A stretch of DNA of 64,000 nucleotides from Dicyema japonicum (GCA_011109175.1 RDEW01000003.1:1179459-1243458); one strand, 5' to 3'; positions 23,001-37,261 are shown, counted from the stretch's first letter. The notes: generated by a model from the letters alone, not told the origin. A program made the numbers and translations.

Positions 23001-26000
23001 TTGAACTTTTCGACAATATCCATTAATAGGGTCACATTGTTTCTTTGTACATTGATCGATTACTGCGATTATGTTATCGAATCACTACAAGAACAAGACC
23101 CATCACTTAGCAGCTTGTAACCCTTCATACAGGAACATTTAAAACTTCCGGGAAAGTTGGTGCATTGCTCAGAACACGTGTTGTTCATCAAGCATTCGTT
23201 GATGTCTATAATTATAGGTATCTCAGATTTGTAAACCATAACAGTTAGAAGGATCAGATTTTGCCTGCAAATAGCCTGTTCTGCATCCACATTCATAACC
23301 TCCATGAGTATTAAAGCATAGCTGTTTGCATCCCCCGTTATCAACAAGGCACTCGTTTATGTCTGAAAATAAATAGTGCGTATTTCAAATGTATGTTTCA
23401 ACAACTAAACATACCTATGCAGTCATCATTGTCTCCTTTTAGAAATCCTTTCTTGCAGTGGCATCTGAATGAACCAATCGTATTTTCACAAATCATGTTT
23501 TCATGACATGCAGTACTATTCGAACATTCATTTATATCTTAATTTAAAATTTAAATAAAATAAAATTTAAAATTTAAATCAAATAAAAAAATATACAATT
23601 TAAATAAAATACCTTTGCAATGGTTACCATCCAACTTGTACCCTTTGGACAATCTACTGCTCTGTTTGTATGGCACACTAAAATAGTGTTTTTATATCAC
23701 ATTTACAATTTTTATCTTTAATTATCTCATTGTAGTCTTCTTTTTCTTTATCGAGCGAAAAATTGTCAATGTATGTCGTACATTCTTAAATAATGACTCC
23801 TTATACCCGACGAACATGGATACAAATTACATGGATTATATAAACGCTCGCATTGACTACCAGAATACCCATTTTCACAAATGCAGTCAAAATGTAAGAA
23901 CCCATCATTCAAATTTCGCTGAATAAGTTTAAATACGTTAAACCCTCGGTTTGTTCAAATTGCATTTTCCGTTGTTTGAGCAATCACAAATTGTAATTTC
24001 AGGTTCTTCCTTAGAGTATAGCCGAGCTGAATGATCGAAAAAATAGAAGCGCAGAAATAAATTAGAATTCTTCCAAAATATGTTAAATCGTATTTTATAA
24101 GTATTCTGACTTTTTCCGATTTTTTTTAAATTTTCCTTAACCGTGGTGTTTTCAACGACATTGTTGTTTTCGTACATAATGAATCGAACCTGCGAAATTT
24201 TTCTGTTCACTTTGCAAATAAGTGGGACATACCCATTAACCATTACAGTAAGGCTTTTGTTGCAAAATATTTCCTTTTTACGATCTGACAATTATTCTCA
24301 GCGACATTACCGGAAATATTCAGTTTTCTCTCATAAATCGTCAAAAATGATATAAATTCACGGTTTTGTGGTGTTTCCGCGTTTATGCATTTCGGTAAAA
24401 ACCTATATTTTACGCAGCTCTTCAAGTTAAATTAAAATTATACCGAATCATTAGGTTTCTGGTCATTCCTGTCCGGTAAGTGGTCTACAAATAAAATAAT
24501 AAAATGCCTGCTTTTTTGCCTTCAGTTAACACCCCGCTTAAGAGCTTGAAGTATCGGGTCTAACGCTGACTATAAACGCAAGGTTCGCACCATATTTGTA
24601 GGCAACCATGAGTATTTCATGTCCGATTATAAATTTGACTTCAGTTTCTGCTGATAAACACAAATATCGACCAGTTATTATATAAGCGGTTTTGTTTTTG
24701 ATTCCGTAGTAAGATTTCTCGACATGTTTATTGTTTACCAAATATATCAACCTCGACCCAATGTTTACCACTTCGTAAACATGTTTTATAACGGAATCTT
24801 TGATCGTTATTTTGCAAGATCTAAAATCACCACCTAAATACTTTAGGTATCCCATTTTTGTTTTAGTTTCTTTGATCACTTTTATTTGAATCCAGTAGTT
24901 GTATAATAAGTATCCCTCCAGAATAACATGTTCCACAGCATTATCAAGTTTTAAGAATGCGTTTTCGAATGTGACAACAGTCCCGTCGAAAAATATTAAC
25001 GCTGTGATTAAAAATTCAAAATTAAAAAACCATTTAAATAAGGTTCATACAATGATGAGTCCACAAGCGGTCTGACAAAAAAGAAGTCCGTCCATAATCC
25101 TTGATGATGCAACATTTGTTAAACATTTGCGAATCATTTTCAAATTTCTATTTTATCAAAATTATACGATCGATCCAAAAGTTTCAAAATTACTCAAATA
25201 CTGATTATTCTGAATCAAAACGCCATCAGAGATCTTATAGCAGCACGTGATTCTAAAATCTTTAATTATGAGCTTTTAACTTACCATTTTTCAAATCGAC
25301 GTTGATGTCTGTGTAACATCTCACGTATTTATTGTATGCTGATAAAATTTTAAAATCAAATTCTTTCGCTTGGATCTCTAGCGAAGGACAGGATAATTTA
25401 AAATTGTCAATTTTCTTCCGAATTTGATTATTTTTCTAGGCAATTGAATCGACCAATACTTTTATCCAAATTCGGCAATCAGCCAAATCCGAATTGTCGG
25501 AGGAAAATATTAAAATTTTACATTCACTGTTTTCCTTTTAACCAAAATATTCTTCGTTCCATTAAAATTTTCAAAATTAATAAATTTTACTTTGTTTTGT
25601 CTCTCAAAAACAGTATATCCCATTTTAGAGTCAAATTTCGGTACCACGCTGTAATCTCCAAACAAGCAAACCTTGTATTCGTACATAAACTGTGATTTGG
25701 CGTAATGAGCAATGCATATAAGTCATAACCACTCACTGAAACCAACAGTTGAAATGGCGTAGTCTAATGGGTTTTATCAGGAGAGTACCTTTCTAAGCGA
25801 ATTATTTAAGTCTTTGGTATTTTCCCAGTTGACAATTGTCGTGAAAGTTATGTGGTCTATCTTCACTCCAAATGTTCTGATTTCATTCAAAATCAGATCA
25901 CGGAATTTATTCGGTAACTTATCTTTGATGACTTGCACCTAAGGTTGTATGGTAAAGCAACCTTTCCTTTATATGATTTATTTTCTGTCCAAGAAACTGT

Positions 26001-28334
26001 CAGTAGTCCCACCATTTCATTGATTAAAGCGACTTTTTTCTGAAATTCATATAACGTGATTATTTCGTTCAAGACTTCCTTCGTTATGTCCTTAGAGAAG
26101 GATGAGGAGAACATGATGAATCCATTTTGTGATATCTGCAATTGACTATTTAAATTCACGTAAAATCCTTCAGCAATTTGACCATCAAATGTTTTAATTT
26201 TATAGGGAAATTTTATGTACAACTCGTCCAAATCGTTTGCTATATCCAATTCACGTAAAGTCGCTAAAATTTAAAATTTTTGCCAAACTCGGAGCATTTT
26301 CCTTGAAACAAATGATGGAACCCAAGTAGCATCGCTCAGAATGACTCTTTCTACTGATTTTCTCTAAATAACGCTTAATATGGTTCTTACCTGTAATGGT
26401 AATACATTCGTAACTTCCAAACGTGTTTACACACCTTTTACTATTACCCCGCAAATATTGGGGATGCTCTCACATTCATCAATATCTGTTCAGTTAAAAT
26501 GCCAAAAACCAGCACAGCGGATAAAATTGGTTTCATCATCTTCTATGAGTTTATATCCTTTGCGGCACTCACATTTAAAGCCTCCACCGTGATCTGTCGT
26601 TGTACAGAGTCCTCCGTTATTCCAACCACATGGATCACTCCCACATAAATTGAAATCTAATATTACTCCTATTATTACCCGTTCGACATGGGGGAGATGA
26701 ACAAAGTTTATAATCATAGAGCCAACTGTTACCGAAAAATTCGCCACAGCCGATTTTGTTGACGAGACAGGTTCTATTTTTCTCGCTAAATCTGAACCCG
26801 CATTCTGAGCTACATATCCCCCAACTATTCCAGGCTCCTAAAACAGGATTTTCTGTATATCAAAGTTTGATTACCGTGTTCACAATTATCTCCATAAAAA
26901 TCATCATAGCAACGACAAAAAGGAAATTCGCCCGTACATTCGCCCCTGTTGTTGCAAAACGCTGACGTGCACTTAAAAATTTCTTTAGTTACGCAAAAAA
27001 ATAACTTCTACACTTGTTTTGTATTTTTTTATAACCGGAATCGCATTTGCATGAAATTTCACCGTGTTTCATACTACACTTTTCGTTTTTTGAGCAAAAA
27101 GTATCGCTGCACTGAACGATCTCTAATTTGAACTAAAAAAATTTACTTTGACAGAATTTGAGGTTTTTATAAACCATTAACTGATAGCCGCTAGAACATT
27201 CGCAGTTGCTTGAGTTTATGGACTTTTTGCAGTAAGAACCGTTAAAACTATTGTCTTGACTAGTATTTCTGCCATACAGTTTTTATCTAAATTTAAACAA
27301 GCACTAAGGATCACAGTCGCTTTGATTGCATAAAATACATTCATCCTTATTTTTAGACTGAGTTGATTGCAAACTCAGCTTGATAGAGTTAATAGCTAAA
27401 TTAGTTAATTAAATGACACGTGTTACCGTCGCATTCAAAATAAACTTTATTTTTCATGTAATTATTCTGTAAATTTACATCGAACAGATTATATTCAGCA
27501 AAGGAGATTTTGAGCTCAAAATAGACTGTTTGGTTGCAGAATCTGAAATTTTCTTCAATTTCTGGAATTTCCGAGTTATTTATTTCAAAGTTCAAAAAAT
27601 AATATTTTTTTGAAATAAAATTCTAAATAATTTTAAATTAACCACATTGTTGTCTTTTTCGTTCATATAGTTTACAAGTTTTATTTTTCTTAGTAATTTC
27701 AGTGACTGATTGCACGTGTACAAGTTCAGAATTGGGTGAAAAAATGGTTTGTTAAAATCAATGAAGTTAAACGAGAACGCACTCATATTTCCAATAATAT
27801 TGAAATTCTGCTCCTCATTAAAATTTTTTGAGTGGGGGATGATCCTAAAGTCATCAATTCTCAGATCAAATCCCGCTGAAAATTAAAAATGAATTTACAA
27901 GGACACGATGGGTTTGTGTGCTTTTTAGTCACATTGATAGTAATTTTTGTGGATAAAATCGAATCGTATAATCTACAGTCGACAAAGTTGGACAAGTCGT
28001 ATATACATACATCTGGATGTTTGTCCAGGTCAAGTCTGAATTTGAGTACAGTCTCCTGAAGTATATTTAAGAAATTCGATTTACTTGCTTTAATTGTAGC
28101 CTTTCCTTCAAAATTACTCTTCCGTTGGGGTTCAGCGTGCACTCAATCTAAATAATCCATCATTTGATCTTACAAGTGTTTTGTCATTCGGTGGAACGTT
28201 ATTATTTAACAAAATCATGTCGTTTTCTCCGATAAACAGATTTCCGTTGTAGTTTATTCTCACTAATATTTTTATAACTGCCAACTTTTTATATCCAAAG
28301 ATAGGACAAGGCTGATGAGAAAAAACAGCTTCAT
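20073..28334 (-). CDS. Large type-I membrane protein: signal peptide, EGF repeats, NIDO, AMOP-like, VWD-like, tandem Ca-binding EGF array, TM (mucin-like/MUC4-SUSD2/fibrillin-like)
   Basis: ATG at 28334 gives [12 protein letters not shown]; roughly 25-30 EGF modules (approximate manual count, many DINEC..CxNxxGSYxCxC); NIDO-like [19 protein letters not shown]; CCYK segment; C-terminal [20 protein letters not shown]; dozens of mostly 20-29-nt introns. Confidence 0.85.
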
Positions 28335-28559
28335 TCGATTCTTTCAGCAAAAATTTATTTTATATAGTAAATTCAGATTAAATCGATAGATTTGAATCTA
28401 ATGCCCAGTTACAAATACATTATCACGAAATCACCTAAAGCTTTACTTGATGATTGATTCGCTAATGATTTTTATTCATTAATTGATAACCTTGAATATG
28501 CTGGGATTGAGTGACGTCGTTATCTGTGATTCACAGGATTGTCTCAGGGACTCACATGC

Positions 28560-29010
28560 AAGTAAAAAAAAGAACAAGAAATCACGAAAGCCTTCAATGT
28601 CTTGGATTGATGCCTTGGATTAATCACCATAACTGTTTTTTTCGTAAAGTAAGTGTGAGTTCTGCCTAGCTGAGATGAGTAATGGAAACATTATTACTTC
28701 CTCACGGAAAGGCTGAACAATGTGCTGGAAGAGGTTAACAGATAATTAACTTCTAATTAAGGTATATCCAAGTCCCACGGTTGGAGTGAGGCCCATCTTA
28801 TTAAAGCATCTTGTCTATCCATATCCGCTATTGTGAGACTCTCCATCGCATGAATAGGGAGGGAAGTGTGTGAGGGCAGCTATTCTACCTGACAACCCTC
28901 TCTACGAAGCCATGACCAAATACCTTAAAAACATCCGAGGTACGAGATAACTATTTGTCCCTTCTGGAGAGCCAGCCAGGATTCTCGTTCACATCGGATA
29001 GGACCTCCCC
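28560..29010 (-). mobile_element. Decayed LINE RT C-terminal fragment
   Basis: DLDIYL-like (GACTTGGATATACC) thumb motif in GC-elevated, stop-ridden sequence. Confidence 0.35.
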
Positions 29011-29259
29011 ATATCGGTCTGTGGTAACTTTCTTTGTTTTTAACCCGAACCGTCAAATTGAATCCGCTTTTATTGTTATTTTGTTTAATGAACCCACTGA
29101 TCTCTTGATATTCGTTATTAAATTATTCCAAAGACTAAGAGTAAAATTAAGCTAACAAATTCATTGATACTGACGCGTTCCAGCTGAACCCCTACCTAAA
29201 CACAGTGATCCAGTGGACGTTCTAGAAGCTTATGTCGATCCAGAACACGTTGCCGAGTA

Positions 29260-29400
29260 GCGAAATTGCCTCCCTGGGAATGAATAGATTGATCTTTTTG
29301 AATGCCGGACATGAATTGGGAGTCTCCCGAGTAGGTGGATCCACTAGTGGGAAAGAAGAGAATCTTCAATGATCAAGTAGACACATGGCGCCATGCGACA
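29260..29400 (+). mobile_element. LNAGQ..HMAPRG family 3' end
   Basis: GMNRLIFLNAGHELGVSRV..CACATGGCGCCATGCGAC. Confidence 0.55.
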
Positions 29401-30189
29401 AGTTCCAAATTTCCTCTGATATTCGTCGATGTGTGAATTTCAAAGCATTTATAAAGATAACTTTAGAGATCTGCGGCCACCGGAGCAGAATTGGCCAAAA
29501 TTCAGAAGTACTCAGCCATTGGAGACTGATGGCGATTCACACCAGTGGCCATAGAAACGTCTGGAGCAGTAGGATCCCTCACTGCGGCCTTTCTGAAAGA
29601 AATATGAGGGAAACTAGCGAGCAGAAAAAAAGAACTTCGAGAATTTTTCTGGCTAAGACACCAAATCGGGATTGCCGTATTACGTGGAAACGCATACGCA
29701 ATCCTATCTGCAAGAGCTTAATTATTTAAATCTTTTTTATTAATAAATTGTTTTCCATAAAAAAAACTTTAACAATTTTTTAAAGTTTTTCCATTTAAAT
29801 ATTGATATCGTCAATGTTCTTTTAAAAGAATAATTGGTCTTCCAATCATTTACCCTTACTGTTCTCCTCATGGAAATCGTTGAGACCTCATAACAATGGT
29901 GTCAGCTTTACATGATGGTAGATACATATATCTCTTTAGAGACTTAAGTCCTCGAGCTCTCTCAACATCGCTGTCGTCTTTACTCGGATTTCAATGGTAA
30001 AACTTTTTTTTTTAATTTTTAAAATAATTTGAGATAACATCATGCAACGTTAAGTGGACAATCATAATTGACATTAAGAACCGAAGACACTTGTATGAGT
30101 ACATTGATTCCATTCGGTTTTAAAAGATAAGCCTTTGATATAAAATGTCTTGACTAAATATTTTCTCCAGATTTAGCATGTTAGTTGGC

Positions 30190-30650
30190 GGGTTTATAGG
30201 AAACGAAATTTATTATCAGCCAAGTTTAAAGTATTTATGCGCATCCAACATCTTCTTAAACAGGGGAGATGGGTAGAAACCAGATGGGATGTCATAATTT
30301 CCATACTCCCACAGGAAATCACTTGTGTGGACACCTTTTCTGGGACTTGGTCGCTACCGTCGACGCACTCACCTGAAGACGCAGCAGACAAATTGGAGTA
30401 CGGGAACATCTGAAAATCGGATCCATCCAGGAGAACTATTATTTCGTACGTATAGCAAAAAAGACTTCCGGAGTCATGGGAGATGAAACGCCTTTGTCTC
30501 TAAGATCGAGCGAAAGAACGCTTCGTAGATAAGCAAACCACGCGACGGACTTTGACTTTAACAGAGGCTCTAAATGTCGGTAATCATAAGGAATGCTCAC
30601 ACAATCTTGGCATTTTAACTTGTCTTTCTTTTTTACGGAAAATAAATAAT
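30190..30650 (-). other. Possible small Cys-containing gene fragment (three-finger/Ly6-like start LKCQDC)
   Basis: Two adjacent ORFs: LKCQDCVSIP.. and ..GECVDG..ISCG..PCLRRCW; no convincing full spliced model. Confidence 0.25.
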
Positions 30651-30684
30651 TTATTTCAAAAAACAATCAACTGATAGTCATACA

Positions 30685-30810
30685 GTAGCCGCCTTTACTG
30701 CGTGGATGTTCTCTCTATGGCGATCGAGATTCTTTCTAATAGTCAGCAGCGGTCATGGAGACTCCTGTGCGTGTAGAACTCCGATTCTCAGACGACCCTG
30801 GAACTGAGAA
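30685..30810 (-). mobile_element. CRE-clade 3' fragment
   Basis: Minus reads GRLRIG..ERISIAIERTSTQ-like; DNA resembles 7365-7480 and 60480-60570. Confidence 0.6.
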
Positions 30811-32379
30811 ATGGAAAAGTAACTAGCTCTCTATTAACTTGATGCAAAATCGATATCGATGACTATTAGCTAAGATCCCAAAGCAAATCATATTTACTCC
30901 TTATGCGGGATAGATGAGTTGGTAGAAGACCACAGTAAAATTCAGTTAACGTCCTTAAATTTTCAGAACATAGAACTGAGAAGAAAACCAGATAATTCAC
31001 AAATCTAGTTAAAAGGAAACGAATTTAATTTTCTTAGAAAATTTTTGCTTTCGCACATGATGAGTCAAATAATTTGGTTGTCCTATGCCTTTGAACGTGT
31101 GGTACTTGGATGATTGCACTATGAGCGGCCAACTGGACAATGTGTCGGAGAATATCTCAACTGGAAAATATCAGTCTATCTCTGAACGACTCAAATGTGA
31201 GGTCACTTGAACTGGAATCTGATACTTTATACGTTTAGAGAGATCATTCATAAGGCCTTTGAGACCTCAGGACCCCTTCTAGAAGTACCTTGATGCTCCC
31301 TTTTAAATCTGCAGACACAAAAGAAGGCACTGCCAGATGGCAGTTGGGTCGCTGGCGAAATATTCAAGGAGAGTTTGGGAGATGTTGGAAACTGGGATCA
31401 CCTAATTATTGAGTTTAAAATTTCTTGGTGGTTTTGGTGTTTAAACAAATAAAAATAAAGGAGGACATTTCGTTACCCCTTACATTTGAAACCTTTGGAA
31501 TTTTTTAAGCTGATAAAATAGTCGAGCATCACAACCATCCGTATCCGCCAGGAACCCCTTTCACTAAAGTAGGAAAAAGAATGCTTCTTTTTTGGATGTT
31601 AACCAGACACTGGTCATCTCCTTAGTCGGTGGATCGTATGAACCACTGTTTCTATTCGTCGGGGCTATGACCACTTTTTAGACAGTAGGAGATCACATTT
31701 AAAAAGTCGGCTACTATGCTTTTGTCGCATTGACCAACAGGTATAGGATCAACATGAATTCATCCTGTAACCACTGGATTATTGACATGTTAATCTGTCA
31801 CCTTGCTTCGATGATTACTGACCATTTTCAATATTTTGAGCGATATGTAGACTTTTGTATAGTTTAACATAAATATCTCAGAAATTTAAGAGGGAAATCC
31901 CCATTTAAGGTCTTTCTCATTTTTGTTATCTTAAGATGTCTTCAGTTTGCGAAATACGTTATTTTTGGTAGCGTCAGAGTCCAATCATCCTCACCCCATA
32001 GGAATAACGTTTTCGGTGTCCCTTCCTTCTTATGGTCTTTATTTGAATTCTCGAAGAGTAGGGACCTCTCTATGTAGTTCTTCTTCAATCTACTTGAAAT
32101 GGGAATCCTCTAGCATTTGTTGGTGGAAAGTATCCCATATTTGTATTATATACAGGATTTTCAAGACTAAGTGAGGAATGCGTCAAATCAATCCGAGAAA
32201 TGTTTACATCTAAGCTAGAATCGATCACATTTACTCGCCACGTGACCACGTAGCTCTATATATTTTATATCTCACAGTTATCCCTAATTTTGTGTATTTT
32301 GCTCGGTGAATCTTAAAAATGAAAATAGACAGGTTATCAAAAACTAACTCATACTTTGATCTTTAAGATCAAGAAACAT

Positions 32380-32735
32380 CAATGTTTGCTGTGAAATGAA
32401 TAAAACAGGAATGACTTTTTTACAAAATTCCAACTAACCAACTAATTCCGAAATTTTTATGGAAAGCATAAGTGAAGGATTTGATTTTTCAATTCATTAC
32501 AAAAAATAAAATTGCTGAAAGATTCTCGACTAATGGAAATAAACTGAAATTCCCTTTCCATATTCCCCCATGCTGAACCCGATAGAAAACAGGTTTTCAA
32601 AATGGAAAACTAGTAAAGGATTTAAAAAAAAAGGAAAATATTTGACTGTCAATTGAAGATGGTCTCCAAGTAATTGGAAGTGTTGCCTGTGAATCGTTTT
32701 ATATGAAAATGATTAATGAAATCAGTAAATTAATT
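32380..32735 (+). mobile_element. Tc1/mariner DDE transposase remnant
   Basis: PYSP.LNPIENRFSKWK motif at ~32557-32610. Confidence 0.7.
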
Positions 32736-33069
32736 TCTTAAAATTATGGTTTTCGTTTTTTGAAAATCTCTAGGATTGATGTGATGAATTCTCACGGAGA
32801 TGTGAAAGTGTTTTCACTGAAACTTGAACACCCTATGAGCATACTATCCAAGGTCTAGTGCCATTCTATATTAGCAATATTGGTGCTGAGTACTTTATGC
32901 TGACTCACTAGCAAACTAGTCGTATTTGTGAGTATCGGAGTAATTTTCATTAAAAAGTCAATCTAAGATTTCAAAGTTTTTTATCGAAATGAAAAGATTT
33001 ACGATTAGAAAATGCGGTTATTTTGAAAAGTTGACAAAATCGTTTATTTGTACAATATTTTTATTTATT

Positions 33070-33320
33070 TTATTTATTTACCCAAGACCACGGTAAAACC
33101 AAACTAATTATCACGTGATCCCGATGCATTCTAACAGAGACCTCATCTTTTCCCGGTGTTCTTCCTTAGTGCCCGCGCATAAACGGATGCCTGAGTTTTC
33201 AGGGCCACCTTCCCGTGATCTGGAGTCTAGTCTCATAAGGGCTTCCAGAGGCGTAGGTCCGGTTCGGTGATCTTCACAAATCTAACGCTCCGTTAATCTA
33301 TAAGCCCTCTTTTGCATTTC
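33070..33320 (-). mobile_element. 3' fragment of the 2A-LINE (GIT*) family
   Basis: CAGTKEEHREKMRSLLECIGIT* followed by a short UTR and TAA/A-rich tail. Confidence 0.7.
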
Positions 33321-34904
33321 CTCAATTTTCATCATATAACAAAAAACATTTGGTTTTTTTTTAATTTAAATTCTTTTATTTAAAAATTTATTACTAAAAA
33401 TAAAAATTTACAAATAATTTGGTTTTTTATAATTTAATTTTCATTTGAAACGTCTGGCATGTTTGTTCGCAACATGTCAAAGTTTGTGTAACCGTGGACT
33501 CTAGTGTTACTATGGCATGATGACTCTTCCAGAAGCTTTGTTTTCGATGAAGAGTTCACTTGCAATTTCAAACCAGTTTGTGTCAGTGGCATTTGGTTAT
33601 TGTAAGAACTTCCAATTGTGTGAATAAATGAGAAATAATTAACAAAAAGGGATGGGACAAAAATTAGCCGACAGTTAATTCCTATAGGAGGAAGAAATAT
33701 AATCTAGTCCAGACAGAAGAGGCATAGTTCTCTGCCGTTGACGAAAGCCCCCAGTTACTGAGTATAAGTTGATTTTACTTACTTTTAGAGCTGTAAAAAT
33801 CCGAAACCTTCACACAAAAAAACTATTAAAAATATTGAGTAGAGGTAAATTGAAGAAATCAAAAATTTTAATCAAAGATATGTGTGAAGAGATCGTAAAC
33901 CTGCAGTGGGTATGTGGATTCGAATCCCATACTGGAGTCAGTTGGCCTGAATTGGGTAAGCCAATAGTATGTGACACCACGTGTCAACCCCATGTCTTCA
34001 AGGAATTTAGTACAGGCACTATCTGCTGTGGCTATCAAGACGTTGCATCAAAGGACAGACGCTCCTACATATGTATTTGGTTCTGTGCAGAACTCGTAGT
34101 TATCTTCTGGTCGTCAAGAAGACTCTTGATTCTATACGACAAAAATTATTAGAATTTACAACGGCCGGTTGGCTGGACAGATTGGTAAAAAGAATTGGAG
34201 ATTGTCGTAGATTGGCCACAAAATGAAAAAGGCTACCAATAATTTTTAAAAGTAATATTTGTAGGATTTAATATATATTTAAAAAATATTTTTTTATTAA
34301 AATAAAAAACGATTAACCGATGGTTGTTCAGTAGCCACCCTGACTACGTGGATATTCCCTGTCAGCATCCAAAGCATCGTAGATACGTGGAACCCTAAGT
34401 TGAAATGTACAGCAGAGAGATTTGAACGATCAAATATTTCTCCGGCAAATATGACATTGGGTCATCCCAAAAAAGTAATAGTACACCGATTGAACAATCA
34501 TTCCTAAATATTTTGCTAAATAAAATTTTCGTTATCTTGGACCAATCCCTTGGATTAATTACCACGACCGCCTAAACTGAAGAGTAACTATTTCTCTGCG
34601 GAAAAGTGATAATAAAAAATACTAGAGACACTACAAAGTCAGTCAATGTTGAATAATATTTTTTGAGTACCTTTATAATTGTCAATTTGATTCTTCTTAT
34701 TTGTGGAGATAAATAAATGCAGTACTATTTTAAAAACTCAAAGAATCACAAATATCACTCATCAACTGTTTTCGCATCCTTGGGGAAGTCAAACCGGATG
34801 ATAACGGCGTGAATTTCAGTCAGCATAGATCGCCTATACGGTAAATTGGAAGTAAGGAAATGGAAGACGCGCTAAAATACCATAGATAAGAGTAATGCTA
34901 GTGA

Positions 34905-35480
34905 TTAGTGAGTCAAGTTAATCTGATAGGCGCAATCATCCGCTGTTTCCACCGATTCAGCTACAACTAATAAATCATTCACTCGATATAACCATCGACT
35001 TCACATAAAAATCCCTTCTTGCGATCACAACTTAAATCATTCCATTTCCCTTTACTAGTCCTCATAACAACACAGTCTTCTTCCCCGAGATTGTTCGGCT
35101 CTCTCTTATCCCAATTAAAGTATTTCTACGTTGTACATTGATTTACCTGTTCTCTCCCCTTGGAATCCAAGAATTTTCCTTCTTCTCCGATATCGTTGGG
35201 GGCAAGCCAAATATCCTGCTTATTCGGCTTATAAATTGTCTCTACAAAGTCTGTACTGCAAAGTATACCGAAAATATATTTATTAGTTTCCGCATTGTGA
35301 ACATCGGCTATGTCTCCGCCAATTTTTTTACAGAACTTTTTGGCATTCTCGTAATTTTGCTGATCTTTGATGTATGTATAGCATTTCCCCTTAAAACAGT
35401 CTAAATTTCACCTCAAAACAACTTTTTGACGAAATTACTGTCGAAGCTAGTAAAACCGACAATGCTACAAGGTTGAACAT
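34905..35480 (-). CDS. Secreted single-domain C-type lectin, EPN/WND (mannose/GlcNAc-type)
   Basis: Spliced (22, 27, 21, 26-nt introns): MFNLVALSVLLASTVISSKNCFKGKCY..NYENAKKFCKKIGGDIADVHNAETNKYI..IWLAPNDIGEEGKF..YFNWDKREPNNLGEEDCVVM..GKWNDLSC..FLCE; last exon uncertain (alternative stop at 34979). Confidence 0.9.
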
Positions 35481-35659
35481 CAATCATGTTTTCACGCCCC
35501 CTTATATATGCGAACAACACAGCACGTGTCATTCTAGACCACAACAGTCTCGAATTATATTATAAATAATTAAAAAATACAAAAGCAATAATATTTTATT
35601 TATTAATTTTGAAAATTCCAGCAGCTGTCGTTAATTGTTATACATGCATTAATTATTAT

Positions 35660-35992
35660 TAGCTGCCTTCTGGAGGTCACTCGTCTCTCCTGGGGCGATG
35701 AAGACCGTTCATTTGCTAATAGTCGAAACTTGGCATGGGACACTGTGTTCTAACACAATTCGTCAGATCGGCTCGATGATCCAAAGGGTCACAGTGGATC
35801 TATGTGAGACTGGGTACATTCGAGAGCGTATCTCAATAGCACATAGCCCCGGTGGAATGAATAGCTGGATCCTTTTGAATCCCGGCCAGGCATCTCTCTT
35901 CTCCAGAGTATTATTGATCTATTGACACAATCAGAGGGGAGAGAAATTTTCAACCAATTAGCCACATAGCACCATATGGCTCCACGTGGCTT
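35660..35992 (+). mobile_element. CRE 3' fragment fused to an LNAGQ..HMAPRG family 3' end
   Basis: VETWHG..RQIGSMI..RERISIA joined to PGGMNSWILLNPGQ..CACCATATGGCTCCACGTGGC. Confidence 0.6.
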
Positions 35993-36314
35993 ATCTGTTG
36001 TACGGAATGTCTACTTAGCTTAACATGAGCTAAAGTTATTACTACCTAACTGTCTGATATTTCTTCTGTCTATCTTTCTCGGAAATCTTGGGGTTCTAAA
36101 TGAGATGAAAGTCCTTGTCTCCTTACTTATTGTAATCTTGGATGAAGTGATGGATTCTGAAAAGATCTTAAATTTCTCCATCAACTTTAACGCCAAATAT
36201 CCTTAATATTGAGTGAAACGGTAAGAAAGACATACATTCACGAGTTTACAGCTAAAAACAATCGATTTTCTATCAAAGTGTCAATCAATATTGAATAATA
36301 TTTTCTCTTATTTA

Positions 36315-36500
36315 TCCTCAGTGTAACGGGTGTTGGACAAGAGGTCTCTAGCCCATAGTTTGAATTCCGTTGCTGTACATGATGGTTCCGCACATCTACG
36401 ATGCTTTGGCTTGACGAGTGACGCTGTCGTCAGTGAACATTCACTGCGTAATCAGATCGTCTATAATGAACATACACCCAACAAAATGAAAAAAGACTTA
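36315..36500 (+). mobile_element. tRNA-derived SINE-like repeat copy (plus orientation)
   Basis: CTCAGTGTAACG (A-box-like), GTTTGAATTCC (B-box-like); body is the reverse complement of the 19151 copy; A-rich tail. Confidence 0.7.
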
Positions 36501-37261
36501 AATAAAGTGTGTCCTGCCTGAGCGGAGCTATAGTTAATATGACTCTGCGTATAAGTGCAGTTTTTTATCCTCCTATAAATACGATCTTTTATAAGATTTC
36601 TTAGTCGATTCCGGTTATCGGCTTAACAAAATGTTGAAATCCGAATAAGGAAGATTGATGGTATTTCTATGAATCAATAATGTCTTTCGATCGACAGCTT
36701 ATAAATCTCATTTTAAAGAATCAAAGAACCCAAAAGGTAAATTTTTTATATTTTAGCTAAATTATAAAATGGATCAACGAGAAGTGTTCTGGCTTAGACA
36801 AAAGATTGGAATAGCCATACTCCGAGGGAACTTGTTCGCAATCCACGCAGCAGGCTTCCTCAACTGACATTTGTTTAATTGTTAAAAAAAATTTTTTGTT
36901 TAAAAAAAAGGTAAATTATAAAATTTCGATATTCTGATCATGTTAATAGTAGGTTGGGAATCGATGTAGTTGACGTTCTATGCTAGTGGAACTAATCTTC
37001 CCATATACGTCTGATGTTCCTTATACGTCATCACTCGACTCACTAAGTTCATGCATAACATAACTTTTTTTTATTAAACCAAGAAATAGCGATAGTTATG
37101 GTGGATTACGTTATTAAAAATCTTGTTGCAAGGCCTGGATTCTTTCGCAGTTTTACCTCCCTTCACCCCCGCCGTTAGCTTCACAGTATTTTTTGAAAGA
37201 ATGTGTCATCCACTTTGGTCCTCAGGAAAAAACGAAAGATAATCGATTTTCTTGATAAAAA

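Noticed and set aside
34898-34922. Possible AT-AG non-canonical intron at the lectin 3' end
   Set aside because: It has a branch/acceptor-like sequence, but the frame ends acceptably without it and no homology supports the extension.
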